Notes: generated from the letters alone by a model not told the origin. Positions 38,793-48,993 are shown, counted from the first letter of the stretch. The stretch: DNA of 64,000 nt from Candidatus Heimdallarchaeota archaeon (GCA_019057815.1 JAHLWR010000005.1:96001-160000); one strand, 5' to 3'. Translations and numbers: made by a program.

Positions 38793-39113
38793 TTAAGGGT
38801 TTGTTTCTTCAAATTTTACTATATATTTTTCTCCCCTTAATTCACTGAGTTCGTGTGATAACTCCTTTTCCAGTAGTTTTTTTATTGCATCTCTGATTAT
38901 AACTGAACGATCACAGTCTTCCTCTAATGCAATACAATCTAACTCTTCTCTTTGAAGTACAGGTAGTTTACATGTAATTAAACTCTTTTTACCTTTTAAA
39001 CCGAGAATGATTACTTTTTCTTGATCAGGTCTTTTTATGTAATCTTTACTACCTTCTTTTCTTCTTCGATGTTTTGTATTGTTTTCTTCAAACTGAGATG
39101 ATTTCTGATTCAT
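38793..39113 (-). CDS. Ribbon-helix-helix (CopG-like) regulator
   Basis: LITCKLP...EELDCIALEEDCDRSVIIRDAIKKLL. Confidence 0.8.
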   Translation of the reverse strand: MNQKSSQFEENNTKHRRRKEGSKDYIKRPDQEKVIILGLKGKKSLITCKLPVLQREELDCIALEEDCDRSVIIRDAIKKLLEKELSHELSELRGEKYIVKFEETNP

Positions 39114-39315
39114 CTACTTTCCTCAATATGCCTATTTTATATTAATACAAAACTTCTGTATTTAAACGAAACAAATTACAAAAATAAAAAAATAAATTCA
39201 CTAAAACAGTAGAAAGAATGCTAAGAAATATTGAATAGAAAACATATTAGTATAAGAATAATGAGCTAATATTAATATTTATTAAAATAATCGGAAAAAA
39301 ATTGTTTAATTCTTT

Positions 39316-39831
39316 TTAGAATTTGAGAATTTCAGCTTCCTCGAATATTTCAATGGCTTCATTTACATGTTTTTTATTAAAGTGTGGTTTCAAGGTCATA
39401 ACCTTATCTCTAATTTCGCTACGATTCTTAAATATTTTTGAAAAATATAGTACTGTACTTAACAATTCTAAATCTCTTACATTTGCTACGCTAATCAAAG
39501 AACTTACTTTATCAATCTTACTAATATTAATTTTTCCCTTTTCAGCATCGAATAATCTTTTCCCAGCCTGAGTCAATTCTATTTTGTAACCCATATTTTC
39601 ATTAAGATAAGAAACTTCTATCATGTTAACATTGTCTAAAACATCTACTAAATTAGTTAATTCTTGTGAATATGGTCCGTAAAAATGTATCTTATATGCA
39701 AAATCAAGAGCTTTACCTAAGCCTTCTTGAAGTAAGTAAATTCCCTTTTGAATGTATGTTTTACCAACAGGTTGCTCTGCTTTGTCAATTATTCCTAATA
39801 AATAAATTATTTTTTTCATACTATTAGTCAT
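39316..39831 (-). CDS. YwgA-like (SocA/Panacea-related wHTH) protein, copy 1 (start likely MTNS)
   Basis: GKTYIQKGIYLLQ...YKIHFYGPYSQEL...LELLST. Confidence 0.75.
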   Translation of the reverse strand: MTNSMKKIIYLLGIIDKAEQPVGKTYIQKGIYLLQEGLGKALDFAYKIHFYGPYSQELTNLVDVLDNVNMIEVSYLNENMGYKIELTQAGKRLFDAEKGKINISKIDKVSSLISVANVRDLELLSTVLYFSKIFKNRSEIRDKVMTLKPHFNKKHVNEAIEIFEEAEILKF

Positions 39832-39961
39832 TTTGTCACCTGATTTAACATTCACATAATACATACTATGCGTTGAACACACCTAATATATACTTATATG
39901 CATATATGTAATATACTAGATTGTTTTGAATATTTAAACACTTTGAATACTTTGAACACTT

Positions 39962-41254
39962 TTATTCATTTTTATTAAAAATAGATTGATAAATAGCTCT
40001 TTTATCTTGTATGTATTTTTTGGAGAATGAAGCAATCTCCTCTACCTTTTCTGATAGAGCATATAATCTTCTAATCATCAGATTTTCTAGTGAATTAACT
40101 AATTTTGAAACTTGTCGTATTGGTCGTATTTCGCCATTCATTTCAACATTAATGGTAGATGATTTAATGGGTTCAGTCTCTTCATCAAAGTAGAATCTTT
40201 CTGGATATTTATCATTTAATTTCTCAATCAATCCATCCCAGATAATAAGATCAGCTCTATTAAAATAGATGTTATCATCAACAGGTACCAATTTATAGAA
40301 TTTTCTCTTCAAAAATATATCTCGATAACGTGATTCTGGAAGAAAATTTATTATTTGCGCATCTGTAATCTTTACAAATTCATCTACATTATCTGGATAA
40401 TATCCATCACCTATTTCTTTTTCTAAATATGATTTAATTAAATGAGACAAGTGATAGTCAAGGATTCTTCTATTTTTATGTAAATAAACTTCAGAATACA
40501 TTAAATACCTAGCAATAACAAACTGCTCTAAAGCTCGAATACCCCCACTTTCCCAGTAGACAGGAGTACCGCCTATTTGTTTATCAAATGTTTGAATATC
40601 GACTTCTTTGTCTTTTTCGTAACGAAATGTCTCCAGAATTCTTTCCAAATCAAACTTACCATACATTACACCTAAAGTATATGAATCCCTGAGTAAATAG
40701 TCTATTCTATCTATTCCAACATGTCCAGTTAGTAAATCATGTAGCAAAGTATCATTTGGTGTTATAGGTTCATTGCTTCCTCCCATAATGAAAGAAATTT
40801 TTTTAAGTACATTTTTATTAGAATATCTGTTTAAGATATCCTTGATTTCACCTTGTTCTTGGATTATTTTTGCCCCCATAATATCATGATTTTTAACATT
40901 TTTAAATAGGGGTTTTCCTTCGAATCTTTCACCAGCATGAGAAAAGGGAGTATGACCAATATCATGGAGCAGTGATGCAAGTTTAAAAGATTCTTCATCT
41001 TCTTCCGTTAGATTATGACATCCTTCTTCTTTCAGTCTCTTAAGAATTTTTTTTGATAAGTGAAACACCCCTAAGGAATGTTCAAATCGTGAATGGCTTG
41101 CAGAAGGATAGACCCAAAAGCTATTACCTAGTTGACGAATGAATCTTAATCTTTGGAAAGGAAGAGTTTGTATTAGTTCCTTTTCTATTTCATCTAATGA
41201 AATAAAACCATAGATAGGATCTCGAATGTTTAGTTTCTCTTCGCTTCTTTTCAT
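39962..41254 (-). CDS. HD-superfamily dNTP triphosphohydrolase (YwfO/SAMHD1-like), copy 1
   Basis: IRDPIYG, FQRLRFIRQLG, HSRFEHSLG, LLHDIGHTPFSH, DRIDYLLRD, MYSEVYLHK. Confidence 0.9.
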   Translation of the reverse strand: MKRSEEKLNIRDPIYGFISLDEIEKELIQTLPFQRLRFIRQLGNSFWVYPSASHSRFEHSLGVFHLSKKILKRLKEEGCHNLTEEDEESFKLASLLHDIGHTPFSHAGERFEGKPLFKNVKNHDIMGAKIIQEQGEIKDILNRYSNKNVLKKISFIMGGSNEPITPNDTLLHDLLTGHVGIDRIDYLLRDSYTLGVMYGKFDLERILETFRYEKDKEVDIQTFDKQIGGTPVYWESGGIRALEQFVIARYLMYSEVYLHKNRRILDYHLSHLIKSYLEKEIGDGYYPDNVDEFVKITDAQIINFLPESRYRDIFLKRKFYKLVPVDDNIYFNRADLIIWDGLIEKLNDKYPERFYFDEETEPIKSSTINVEMNGEIRPIRQVSKLVNSLENLMIRRLYALSEKVEEIASFSKKYIQDKRAIYQSIFNKNE

Positions 41255-41414
41255 TTTTTCACTACTCTAATTATTAATTGTCTTTTCATCTAATAATTGA
41301 CTAAGTTTATTCATACTCTTAGTGTAAACTTGTGCATATATTAGCAGTATACCTTAAAAATATATAGATAAGAATAATCATAACTCATCTTTACTGGAAA
41401 TAGCATTAGTTTTA

Positions 41415-41870
41415 TCACAAGCTAAAAATTCCTTTAACTGTTTTAAGTAGAACCTTCACATCCTCTTTAAATCTTATAATTTGATTTAATATATCTAAAT
41501 CAGCCTTGTATGTTTTTGATTCGTCTTGTATATTGTTGAGATGTATTACTGAACTTTTGTAACCCTCTATGACTCCACTTAAATTTCCATTCTGAACAGC
41601 TTTTATCATTATGTCCATGTTTGCTAAAACAGAATATATTTCATCATTAATAGCATCTGGTTGTTTATATTCAGTGTAATATAATTGCTTAGAAATATTA
41701 TGAGCATCAGTTTCTAGTTCTTCTTGATTTATTTGAAGGAGAGAAAAATAAAACGGATCATGTTTGAAATCCCCAAAATCAAGATTTTTATCAAATTCAT
41801 ATAAGTCGTTTTCATTAGATGTTTTTCTTATCTCTTTTTCTATCCACCTATTAAACTCGTCTAAACCCAT
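41415..41870 (-). CDS. Uncharacterised ~150-aa helical protein ('domain X')
   Basis: Aligns full-length with the C-terminal half of 50116-51057. Confidence 0.75.
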   Translation of the reverse strand: MGLDEFNRWIEKEIRKTSNENDLYEFDKNLDFGDFKHDPFYFSLLQINQEELETDAHNISKQLYYTEYKQPDAINDEIYSVLANMDIMIKAVQNGNLSGVIEGYKSSVIHLNNIQDESKTYKADLDILNQIIRFKEDVKVLLKTVKGIFSL

Positions 41871-41936
41871 CCTAGTTGATAATGTTTACTTTCATTTAAG
41901 TAGTTGACAAAAAGAGTGGTAGTGGATTGAAAGCAA
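41815..41936. repeat. ~120-bp direct repeat (other copy at 44570-44690): promoter plus first codons of gene X
   Basis: TTAGATGTTTTTCTTATCTCTTTTTCT...TACTTTCATTTAAGTAGTTGA...ATTGAAAG shared by both copies. Confidence 0.85.
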
Positions 41937-42381
41937 TATCAATTACTACAAAAACAAAAATAATAATGCGGATGTGAAACAATAAAGAAAGCTTCAATAT
42001 TAAATAAGATATTTATCATCTAAAGGCTTTGAGCTAATTCTTTATCTGAAGGTTATTAAATCATAGCTATTACTCTTCTTCCTCCTCTTCTACGTGAACT
42101 TTAATATTCTCCTCTTTGAAAGTAACTTTTGCCACATTTCATATATTTGTAACCTTGTTCAAGTTCTATTTCTGCATGGATTTTAGTTATAATTTTAAGA
42201 GAAGAAGGACAGCTAGAATAAGCTAATAACGCCTTTAACAAAATAGAAAAATTAGAAAAGAATGAAAACTAATTTTGTCAATTATTCAACAACATATATC
42301 CATCCTACTAATTCTAAATTCTTCATCTACAACCAAACATTAAAACTTTCAACCACTATTGATAAGGGATAATATCGAATC

Positions 42382-43233
42382 ATGAATAATATTCACAAAC
42401 TATTATTCGTAAACTTAACTGCTTTTAATATGGAATCAGCTATCATTATTTCACTTTTTGCTCTTGCTATCGCTTTTTTAGGATTCTTCTTCCAGTATCT
42501 ACACAAAGGAAAGCTTGTATTTGCTGAACCGCACATTTATTATTTATATAAACGAGAATCAGAGTTTTTTATTACATTTCCAATCACAATAAAAAATACA
42601 GGATCCCATAGTGTAACAATTGATTATCTAGTGGGAGAGGTCGAAGGTACAAATAGCAAATACATATTCCATGTTGATAAGGATTTAACAGAAACAACCC
42701 CAAGACAAGAAAACGAAGATACACCCGATTTTACAGGAATTGAAATAAATCCTAGGTCAAGCCATAAACGTCTAATCAGTTTTGTGTTTAATAAAACTCT
42801 ACCTAAAGACAAATATATATTTGGTCTAAAAGCGCATATTAATGGTAGCAAATACATTTCTGAAGAACAGGTGATGTCTTTCTTTTTTGAAATAGATAGC
42901 GAAATAAAAAAAGAACTGGTGGAAGAAAGTTATCATACAGCACATTTCTATAGAGAGGTGGAATTAAAAGAAATGTCTAGAAACACAAGAATCTTTTATG
43001 GAATATCAACTTATGGTGTTTCATTGCTATTTGGTGCTAGCTTGATATCAGCATTCATTTTTTTTGGAAGTTATCCTACATTAAAACTTGGTACTGTTTC
43101 TTTGGGAGCTTTCTTCGGCATAATATCATTAGGATTATTGATAATAATGATAATTATTGGTAAATTAACTACAACTGACATGTATAATATTGTTACAAAA
43201 GATAGAAGAAAAAAGCATGGTGAAAAAAGATAA
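42382..43233 (+). CDS. Membrane protein with a central beta-rich domain
   Basis: N-terminal TM, ITIKNTG, two C-terminal TMs. Confidence 0.65.
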   Translation: MNNIHKLLFVNLTAFNMESAIIISLFALAIAFLGFFFQYLHKGKLVFAEPHIYYLYKRESEFFITFPITIKNTGSHSVTIDYLVGEVEGTNSKYIFHVDKDLTETTPRQENEDTPDFTGIEINPRSSHKRLISFVFNKTLPKDKYIFGLKAHINGSKYISEEQVMSFFFEIDSEIKKELVEESYHTAHFYREVELKEMSRNTRIFYGISTYGVSLLFGASLISAFIFFGSYPTLKLGTVSLGAFFGIISLGLLIIMIIIGKLTTTDMYNIVTKDRRKKHGEKR

Positions 43234-43268
43234 TCAAAGAATTTTGTTTTCTTTTCTGAAGATATAAC

Positions 43269-44528
43269 TTAAATTAGAGATTTGAATCCTAGATTTCCAG
43301 CTAGGAATAGAACTAATGCGATGATAATCGCTATTGTTGATGTTATTTCTTTTGTAGAGACTTTACTGTCTTCTTTTATCTCTTTTAAAATACGTCTGAT
43401 AGCCGCATTATCTCTCGATTTTTCAATGACTTCATTTTCCTTTTTTTTCACACTGATTGTTTCTACTATATACCCGAAATGTAATACTGCGGATATCACT
43501 ATACCTCCTCCAGCATAATATTGTGCTAAAAGAAGTGAAAACCAAATATGTACAACAAAATAACTAGCTAAAGAAAAAAGGAGAGATATTGTAGCAGCGA
43601 AGAAAATGCCTGATTGACCAAAACAGTTTTCTGAGTATTCTTTAATGTATTTTTCAATATCTTCCATTTCAATTTCCAGTTCTTTATCCTTTAAATAATC
43701 TCTTCTACAACTCGTTTTACGCTTTTTATCATCATTATCAAAAATAGAAATCAATACAAAAACACTAATTACTATCACTGTTGTAAGGAAAATTTTTAGA
43801 AATAGAAACGGTACAAGTGATACTTGAATTGTTGTATAAAGATCCAAGTTATATTCTGATGAGGCATTTTCTTGATTAAAGTGAAAATTGGATAATTCGA
43901 CCACAAATAAAGAGGAAGTAGTTTCAGAATCTACATTAGGGCTTCTATAAGCTTGATAGGTTTCAGAACCATCAATTACTTTGAAATTTCCCACTATTAA
44001 AGTTAAAGACCTTGATGTTGAATTTTGCCAATCATTAGGTATTTTAATTAAAAATCCACTTGTACTTGATAAATATGAAGTAGCATGAGTTCTGTATAAT
44101 CTAGATTCTTCATCCAACGAATTAGAAGTATAAATTTCTGTATCAGAATCAATTATTAATTGAGCAACCTCAAATTGGAAATAATCAAACAAAGAGTCTC
44201 TAAGAAAGAAGAAATCATAATATAGAGGTACAATTTTCGTTTTAAAAGAAACATATTCGTAACCATTTTGGGGTTTATTAAAACCAAAAAGATAAAACAC
44301 TCTGACTAGAATTTTTTCATCTTTAGAGTATATGTTAAATGATCCAGTTATTGAATAATTATAGTCATTCAAATGATCATGATAAGGATTCTGAGTCGAT
44401 TCTCGAATCGGAGTTGATACAATATAAGGAATGGCTATAACCCATAGTCCAAGAATGTTTAATAAAATTAGAAGAATAAGAAAAGAGCTTTTAGACCTTA
44501 AATTCTGAATTTTACTTTTAAAACCCAT
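43269..44528 (-). CDS. Multi-pass membrane protein
   Basis: N-terminal TM, extracellular domain, about 4 further TMs. Confidence 0.65.
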   Translation of the reverse strand: MGFKSKIQNLRSKSSFLILLILLNILGLWVIAIPYIVSTPIRESTQNPYHDHLNDYNYSITGSFNIYSKDEKILVRVFYLFGFNKPQNGYEYVSFKTKIVPLYYDFFFLRDSLFDYFQFEVAQLIIDSDTEIYTSNSLDEESRLYRTHATSYLSSTSGFLIKIPNDWQNSTSRSLTLIVGNFKVIDGSETYQAYRSPNVDSETTSSLFVVELSNFHFNQENASSEYNLDLYTTIQVSLVPFLFLKIFLTTVIVISVFVLISIFDNDDKKRKTSCRRDYLKDKELEIEMEDIEKYIKEYSENCFGQSGIFFAATISLLFSLASYFVVHIWFSLLLAQYYAGGGIVISAVLHFGYIVETISVKKKENEVIEKSRDNAAIRRILKEIKEDSKVSTKEITSTIAIIIALVLFLAGNLGFKSLI

Positions 44529-44569
44529 AGTTATATCTATAATTCTTATAATTAAAAATGATTGTACTG

Positions 44570-44690
44570 TTAGATGTTTTTCTTATCTCTTTTTCTTTCC
44601 ACTTACTAAACTCGTCTAGTACCATCTTAGTTTATAATATCTACTTTCATTTAAGTAGTTGATAAAAAAAGAGTAGTGAATTGAAAGTAA
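44570..44690. repeat. Second copy of the ~120-bp repeat; truncated gene X start (MVLDEFSKWKEKEIRKTSN)
   Basis: Direct alignment to 41815-41936. Confidence 0.85.
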
Positions 44691-44878
44691 ACTGATTAAA
44701 GATTAAATAAACATGTCCCAAAACTAGTCTGAGTAGACTAGAGCGCCTTTAAGGGAGAAAGAGCGTTTTAACGGAGAAAAGATGAAAAAAGCAAAAACCA
44801 AAGAGTCGAAGTAGTGAGAATTAAGTGTAGTGAGAATTTAGAATTTGATTTTCTAAAAAATTTCGCTTTATAAGAAAT

Positions 44879-45331
44879 TCAAATATATTCAGAACAAATC
44901 TTTGAGAGAAATTCAGATGTAGTAAAACACTGAAATTTGCAGTCTCCTAATTCAAATAACTTAAAATCACTATCATTGCTTATAATAATATCTGCGTTTC
45001 CTCCGTGTGCACAATCTAAGTAAATCTGATCATCCGGATCGTTTATTGTACATGGAGCAGTCATTGGATTAACATATTCAATCTGTCTATTTTGTTCTAA
45101 AGGTAAGATAAAACTACTTTTATAATGAAAATAGCCGTTTGCTATTCGTGAAAATAGATTTTCATAACATTTAGTAACTTCAGGTGTACAAATGACCTTC
45201 ATCTCGTCCCATTTGTATAAAATACAGTTAAACACTTTGTAAGATTCATAAGCTTCTGTGTCAGGTTCTCTTGTAATAAAAAGTTTAAACAAGATGTTAA
45301 TATCAAGAACAATTCTTGGCAAGCATTTCAC
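44879..45331 (-). CDS. PIN-domain nuclease
   Basis: IVLDINIL...DPDDQIYLDCA...ADIIISNDSDF. Confidence 0.88.
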   Translation of the reverse strand: MKCLPRIVLDINILFKLFITREPDTEAYESYKVFNCILYKWDEMKVICTPEVTKCYENLFSRIANGYFHYKSSFILPLEQNRQIEYVNPMTAPCTINDPDDQIYLDCAHGGNADIIISNDSDFKLFELGDCKFQCFTTSEFLSKICSEYI

Positions 45332-45347
45332 TACCTTTCAAGTTCAT

Positions 45348-46778
45348 TCAATTTCTTCTAAATTCCTCTTCAAGTATACGAAATTCCTTTCTAGAGTGTT
45401 CTAAAAATGAAGGAAGTCCATTCTTGAAAAGTCCTTGCTTGTCTATTTCAATAATATCTGCAACAGAGCCTTGCTTTGTCCTCATAAACTCGTAAACAAC
45501 GACATCATCTGCAGTTAATGTTTTATTAGCAATTTTTGTTTGAAAGTGCAACAGAACATACTCTGAGTGTGTTGTTATAAATATTTGAACACCTTTTTTT
45601 GCGGTTTCTATAATTAGATCTATCAATACTGCTTGGAATTTTGGATGTAGATGTACTTCTGGCTCTTCAATTAGTAGTATATCACCTTTCTTGGATAAAA
45701 TGCATTTTATAATTAATCCTGTCAAAGAATTCATTCCTGATCCAACAGCTTTTAGATTTACTGATGCATCCATCTCCAAATCTATTACATCCATAGCTAT
45801 CAAGGGACCTGGCTTAGGGATTATCTCAAAATTTGAATAACCAAATTTTTTTATCCAAAACTCTAGTTTTTTCCAGAAATCTAGATATTTCCTATCCTTA
45901 TAATACATAAGAAATGTTGCAAGAGATTGACCAGAATCATCAAGTGAAATTGTCTCAGGAGGATTATCATCTAAAGCATATACCCATTGTGTAACATGTC
46001 TATTAGCTGGTATAATATTTAATTTTGGAAGATAGGAAACAAGTTTAAATTCCAACCAATCTATAACTAAACCCTCTTGATCAAACTCTCTTGTTCTTAT
46101 TAGATTCCAAAAACCATTAGGAAAACTTGAACTACCACTACCAGTTAAACGACCATACGTAATATTATTAGCATACTCAATTCCAACTTCCTTGAATAGA
46201 GCATTTAAATCTGATTCATAATCACCAAAATCATTTGAAGATGTGGTTATAATTCCGTTTTCATTGAAACTTACATGGTTTTGCCAACTTACAATTTTCT
46301 TGGTTTGTTGGATTAAACTGCTGTAAGTTTTAAATTCATATATCTGTTTATCCTCTGGAGTAGTAATTGATGAGATTAAAATATCACATTGATATGTGTC
46401 TGCTATTGGTTTCTTATATTTTTGATTTCTAGAAACAATAGAATATTCATTTTGATATTCAACTCTTAAGTTTACATTTTTATTGAGATTATGTTTGTTA
46501 AATATTCTTTGATATGAACCCCAATCAGTCAAAGGACCTGTGATTTTCATTTCGTTAATAGATTGGAAAAAAAAACCGATTATTTCGTAAACTGAAGATT
46601 TTCCAGTACCATTTTCTCCTATAAAAAGATTAATCGATTTGCATTCGAGTTCAATATTGGAAATGCTTTTGAAGTTTTGAATATGAATAGATTTCAGCTT
46701 ATTGTATAGATTAATTTGTTCAACTTCTTTTTCAATCAAAGGTTTTTCTTCACCTTTATCCTTTTGTGATTCATTCAT
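45348..46778 (-). CDS. ABC-type (AAA_15/AAA_21-like) ATPase with a DUF3696-like tail
   Basis: NFKSI, GENGTGKS, VGSG, LIEEPEVHLHP, TTHSEY, IDKQG. Confidence 0.88.
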   Translation of the reverse strand: MNESQKDKGEEKPLIEKEVEQINLYNKLKSIHIQNFKSISNIELECKSINLFIGENGTGKSSVYEIIGFFFQSINEMKITGPLTDWGSYQRIFNKHNLNKNVNLRVEYQNEYSIVSRNQKYKKPIADTYQCDILISSITTPEDKQIYEFKTYSSLIQQTKKIVSWQNHVSFNENGIITTSSNDFGDYESDLNALFKEVGIEYANNITYGRLTGSGSSSFPNGFWNLIRTREFDQEGLVIDWLEFKLVSYLPKLNIIPANRHVTQWVYALDDNPPETISLDDSGQSLATFLMYYKDRKYLDFWKKLEFWIKKFGYSNFEIIPKPGPLIAMDVIDLEMDASVNLKAVGSGMNSLTGLIIKCILSKKGDILLIEEPEVHLHPKFQAVLIDLIIETAKKGVQIFITTHSEYVLLHFQTKIANKTLTADDVVVYEFMRTKQGSVADIIEIDKQGLFKNGLPSFLEHSRKEFRILEEEFRRN

Positions 46779-47123
46779 AAGAAAACAACCTCAGTAATAT
46801 CATATTATGGTTTATTCGATATAATTATATTTAGATATTTAATAAGATTGTTGTAAAATTTTGATTACAGTAAAAATATATAAACAACTTATGAATATTT
46901 TATTGCCTAATGTTTAAACTTCATTGAATTAGTCAAATCTAATGTTTCAGAAGTTAATCAAGTTAATCGAGTCAATTTTTATATGCTTTTTCTTGAAAAA
47001 CAAGATACCTCTTCTTTTTTAACAAGACAATTAGAACTGAATTAAATAGATATAATAGTTATTTCCTTACTTTTGTACGCTCAACCCCTCTGGAGTTGAT
47101 CAAGAGGTTTTGGGACATACTTC

Positions 47124-47636
47124 TTAAAGTATATTTGAATCTCTTAATCTATCTAATGCCTCTTTTATCTGATTTTCGTTGAAATGTGACTTAGCAGTAT
47201 GAGTTTGATTTATACATTCAGAATCTGTATCTGTTAGCTTTGAAAAGTATAAAGTTGTACTTAGAAGTTCCATTTCCTCAACAGATGAATTTCCGATTAA
47301 ATTTATAATCTTAGTATATTTGTCTTCGGATATCTCATAATTCTCTTTTTCAGATTCGATAAAGTTTATACCATCTTCTAGAAGATAAATTTCATATTTT
47401 TCATTCTGATCATCATAATTAATTTTTAAAAAATCCATATCTTCTAATTCGTATAGAATTTCAGTTAGATCTTCTGAATATGGTCCGTAATAATGAATTT
47501 TATAGTTGAGATCCAGCTTCTCTTCTAACCCCTCTTGAAGGAAAAATATACCTTTCTGAATATAAGTTTTCCCAACTGGTTTTCTAGAATTATTAATAAA
47601 ATTTAGTACGTTCAAAATTTGATTAATATACGTCAT
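47124..47636 (-). CDS. YwgA-like protein, copy 2
   Basis: PVGKTYIQKGIFFLQEGL...YKIHYYGPYSEDL...MELLSTTLYFSK. Confidence 0.78.
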   Translation of the reverse strand: MTYINQILNVLNFINNSRKPVGKTYIQKGIFFLQEGLEEKLDLNYKIHYYGPYSEDLTEILYELEDMDFLKINYDDQNEKYEIYLLEDGINFIESEKENYEISEDKYTKIINLIGNSSVEEMELLSTTLYFSKLTDTDSECINQTHTAKSHFNENQIKEALDRLRDSNIL

Positions 47637-47703
47637 TTTTCACATCTTCTATATACTAAGTAATTTTTCACTATATAAATTCTTTATATTATTAATTTAT
47701 TCT

Positions 47704-48993
47704 TTATATTATTATATTTTTCTCAATAAATTTTAAAGCTTCTTTCTCAATTTCATCCAATAAGCTCTCCTTAGCATAAAGTCTTCTAGTTTTTATTTTA
47801 TCCAATGAAGCAATTACTTCAGTAGCTCTATGTAAAAGCGTTTTAGTTTTCCCCTGTTCTACGCGAATATATTTTCCACCCTTATATTCATATGTTGATC
47901 TTGTGGGTTTATCAATAAAGTAATTACCTTTATACTTCTTACTAAGATGAACATCAATAATGTTCCAGTTCTTATCTAGTGTCATTTCTTTTTCTCTATT
48001 TGATCTGCATTCCTTTCGGAATAACTGGTATCTATTTTCAAAACTTGGGATACATTTGAAAAAATCTCTATTATAGAAAAAGGGTTTGTGCTTTGATTCT
48101 TTCAACCATTTGAGGATATCAATATCACTTAATGAAAGATATTCATTAATGTCCTCTGGATATGTTTCCATATTCTTTTTCGTCCTTAGAAAATCTTGAA
48201 TTGCATTTATTAAATGATAATTTAGAATTCTAGTAGTTTTATGGAAATATACTTCAGTATACATATAATATCTTGCTAGCACAAAATGTTCTAGAGCTCT
48301 TATTCCACCATTTTCCCAAAAAAGAGGACTTGGTCCTTCTTGACCATCAGCTCTTTCTCCCTTATCTAATCTTATAGTTTCCAAAATTCTCTCCAAGTCA
48401 AACTTACCATAATTAACTCCCACTGATAGAGAGTCTCTTCTTAAATAATCTAATCGGTCAATTCCAACCTGTCCATTTAACAGCTCTTTCGATATCATAT
48501 CGTTTTCTGTTCCATTTTTACGGCTTCCTTCCATTACAAATATTATCCTATCTACAATATTTTTATCATGATGCTTTAACAATAAATCGTTTATTTCTGT
48601 TTCTCGAATAATTCTTGCTCCAAAAATTTCATGTCTATCTCTTTCATTTTTTCCTTTTTTTCTAAAAAGTATATTTTCTCCTACGTGAGAAAATGGTGCA
48701 TGTCCAATATCATGAAGGAGAGATGCAAGATAAAATACTATTTTATCATCATCTGATAGTACATTGTTCTTTAGACAATCAACAATTTTCTTTGACAAAT
48801 AGAATGTACCTAAAGAATGTTCAAATCTTGTATGTCTACCAGAAGGATACACCCACATAGTAGTTCCAAGTTGATGTATATTTCTTAATCTTTGAAATGG
48901 CCAAGTATCAATGATTTTCTTTTCGACCTCATTAATAGGAATAAATCCATACAATGGATCTCGAATGTTAAAGTCTTCATCGTACTTTGGCAC
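47704..48993 (-). CDS. HD-superfamily dNTP triphosphohydrolase, copy 2
   Basis: IRDPLYG, FQRLRNIHQLG, HTRFEHSLG, LLHDIGHAPFSH, DRLDYLRRD. Confidence 0.9.
   Translation of the reverse strand: MPKYDEDFNIRDPLYGFIPINEVEKKIIDTWPFQRLRNIHQLGTTMWVYPSGRHTRFEHSLGTFYLSKKIVDCLKNNVLSDDDKIVFYLASLLHDIGHAPFSHVGENILFRKKGKNERDRHEIFGARIIRETEINDLLLKHHDKNIVDRIIFVMEGSRKNGTENDMISKELLNGQVGIDRLDYLRRDSLSVGVNYGKFDLERILETIRLDKGERADGQEGPSPLFWENGGIRALEHFVLARYYMYTEVYFHKTTRILNYHLINAIQDFLRTKKNMETYPEDINEYLSLSDIDILKWLKESKHKPFFYNRDFFKCIPSFENRYQLFRKECRSNREKEMTLDKNWNIIDVHLSKKYKGNYFIDKPTRSTYEYKGGKYIRVEQGKTKTLLHRATEVIASLDKIKTRRLYAKESLLDEIEKEALKFIEKNIII

Noticed and set aside
42068-42190. Acidic coding-like fragment on the minus strand (VAKVTFKEENIKVHVEEEEEE)
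   Set aside because: Frameshifted, no start codon, family not recognisable
44658-44687. 30-mer GTTGATAAAAAAAGAGTAGTGAATTGAAAG (and a relative near 41903-41933) looks like an archaeal CRISPR repeat
   Set aside because: The copies are kilobases apart inside a larger duplicated promoter, with no repeat-spacer periodicity and no cas genes; not called as CRISPR
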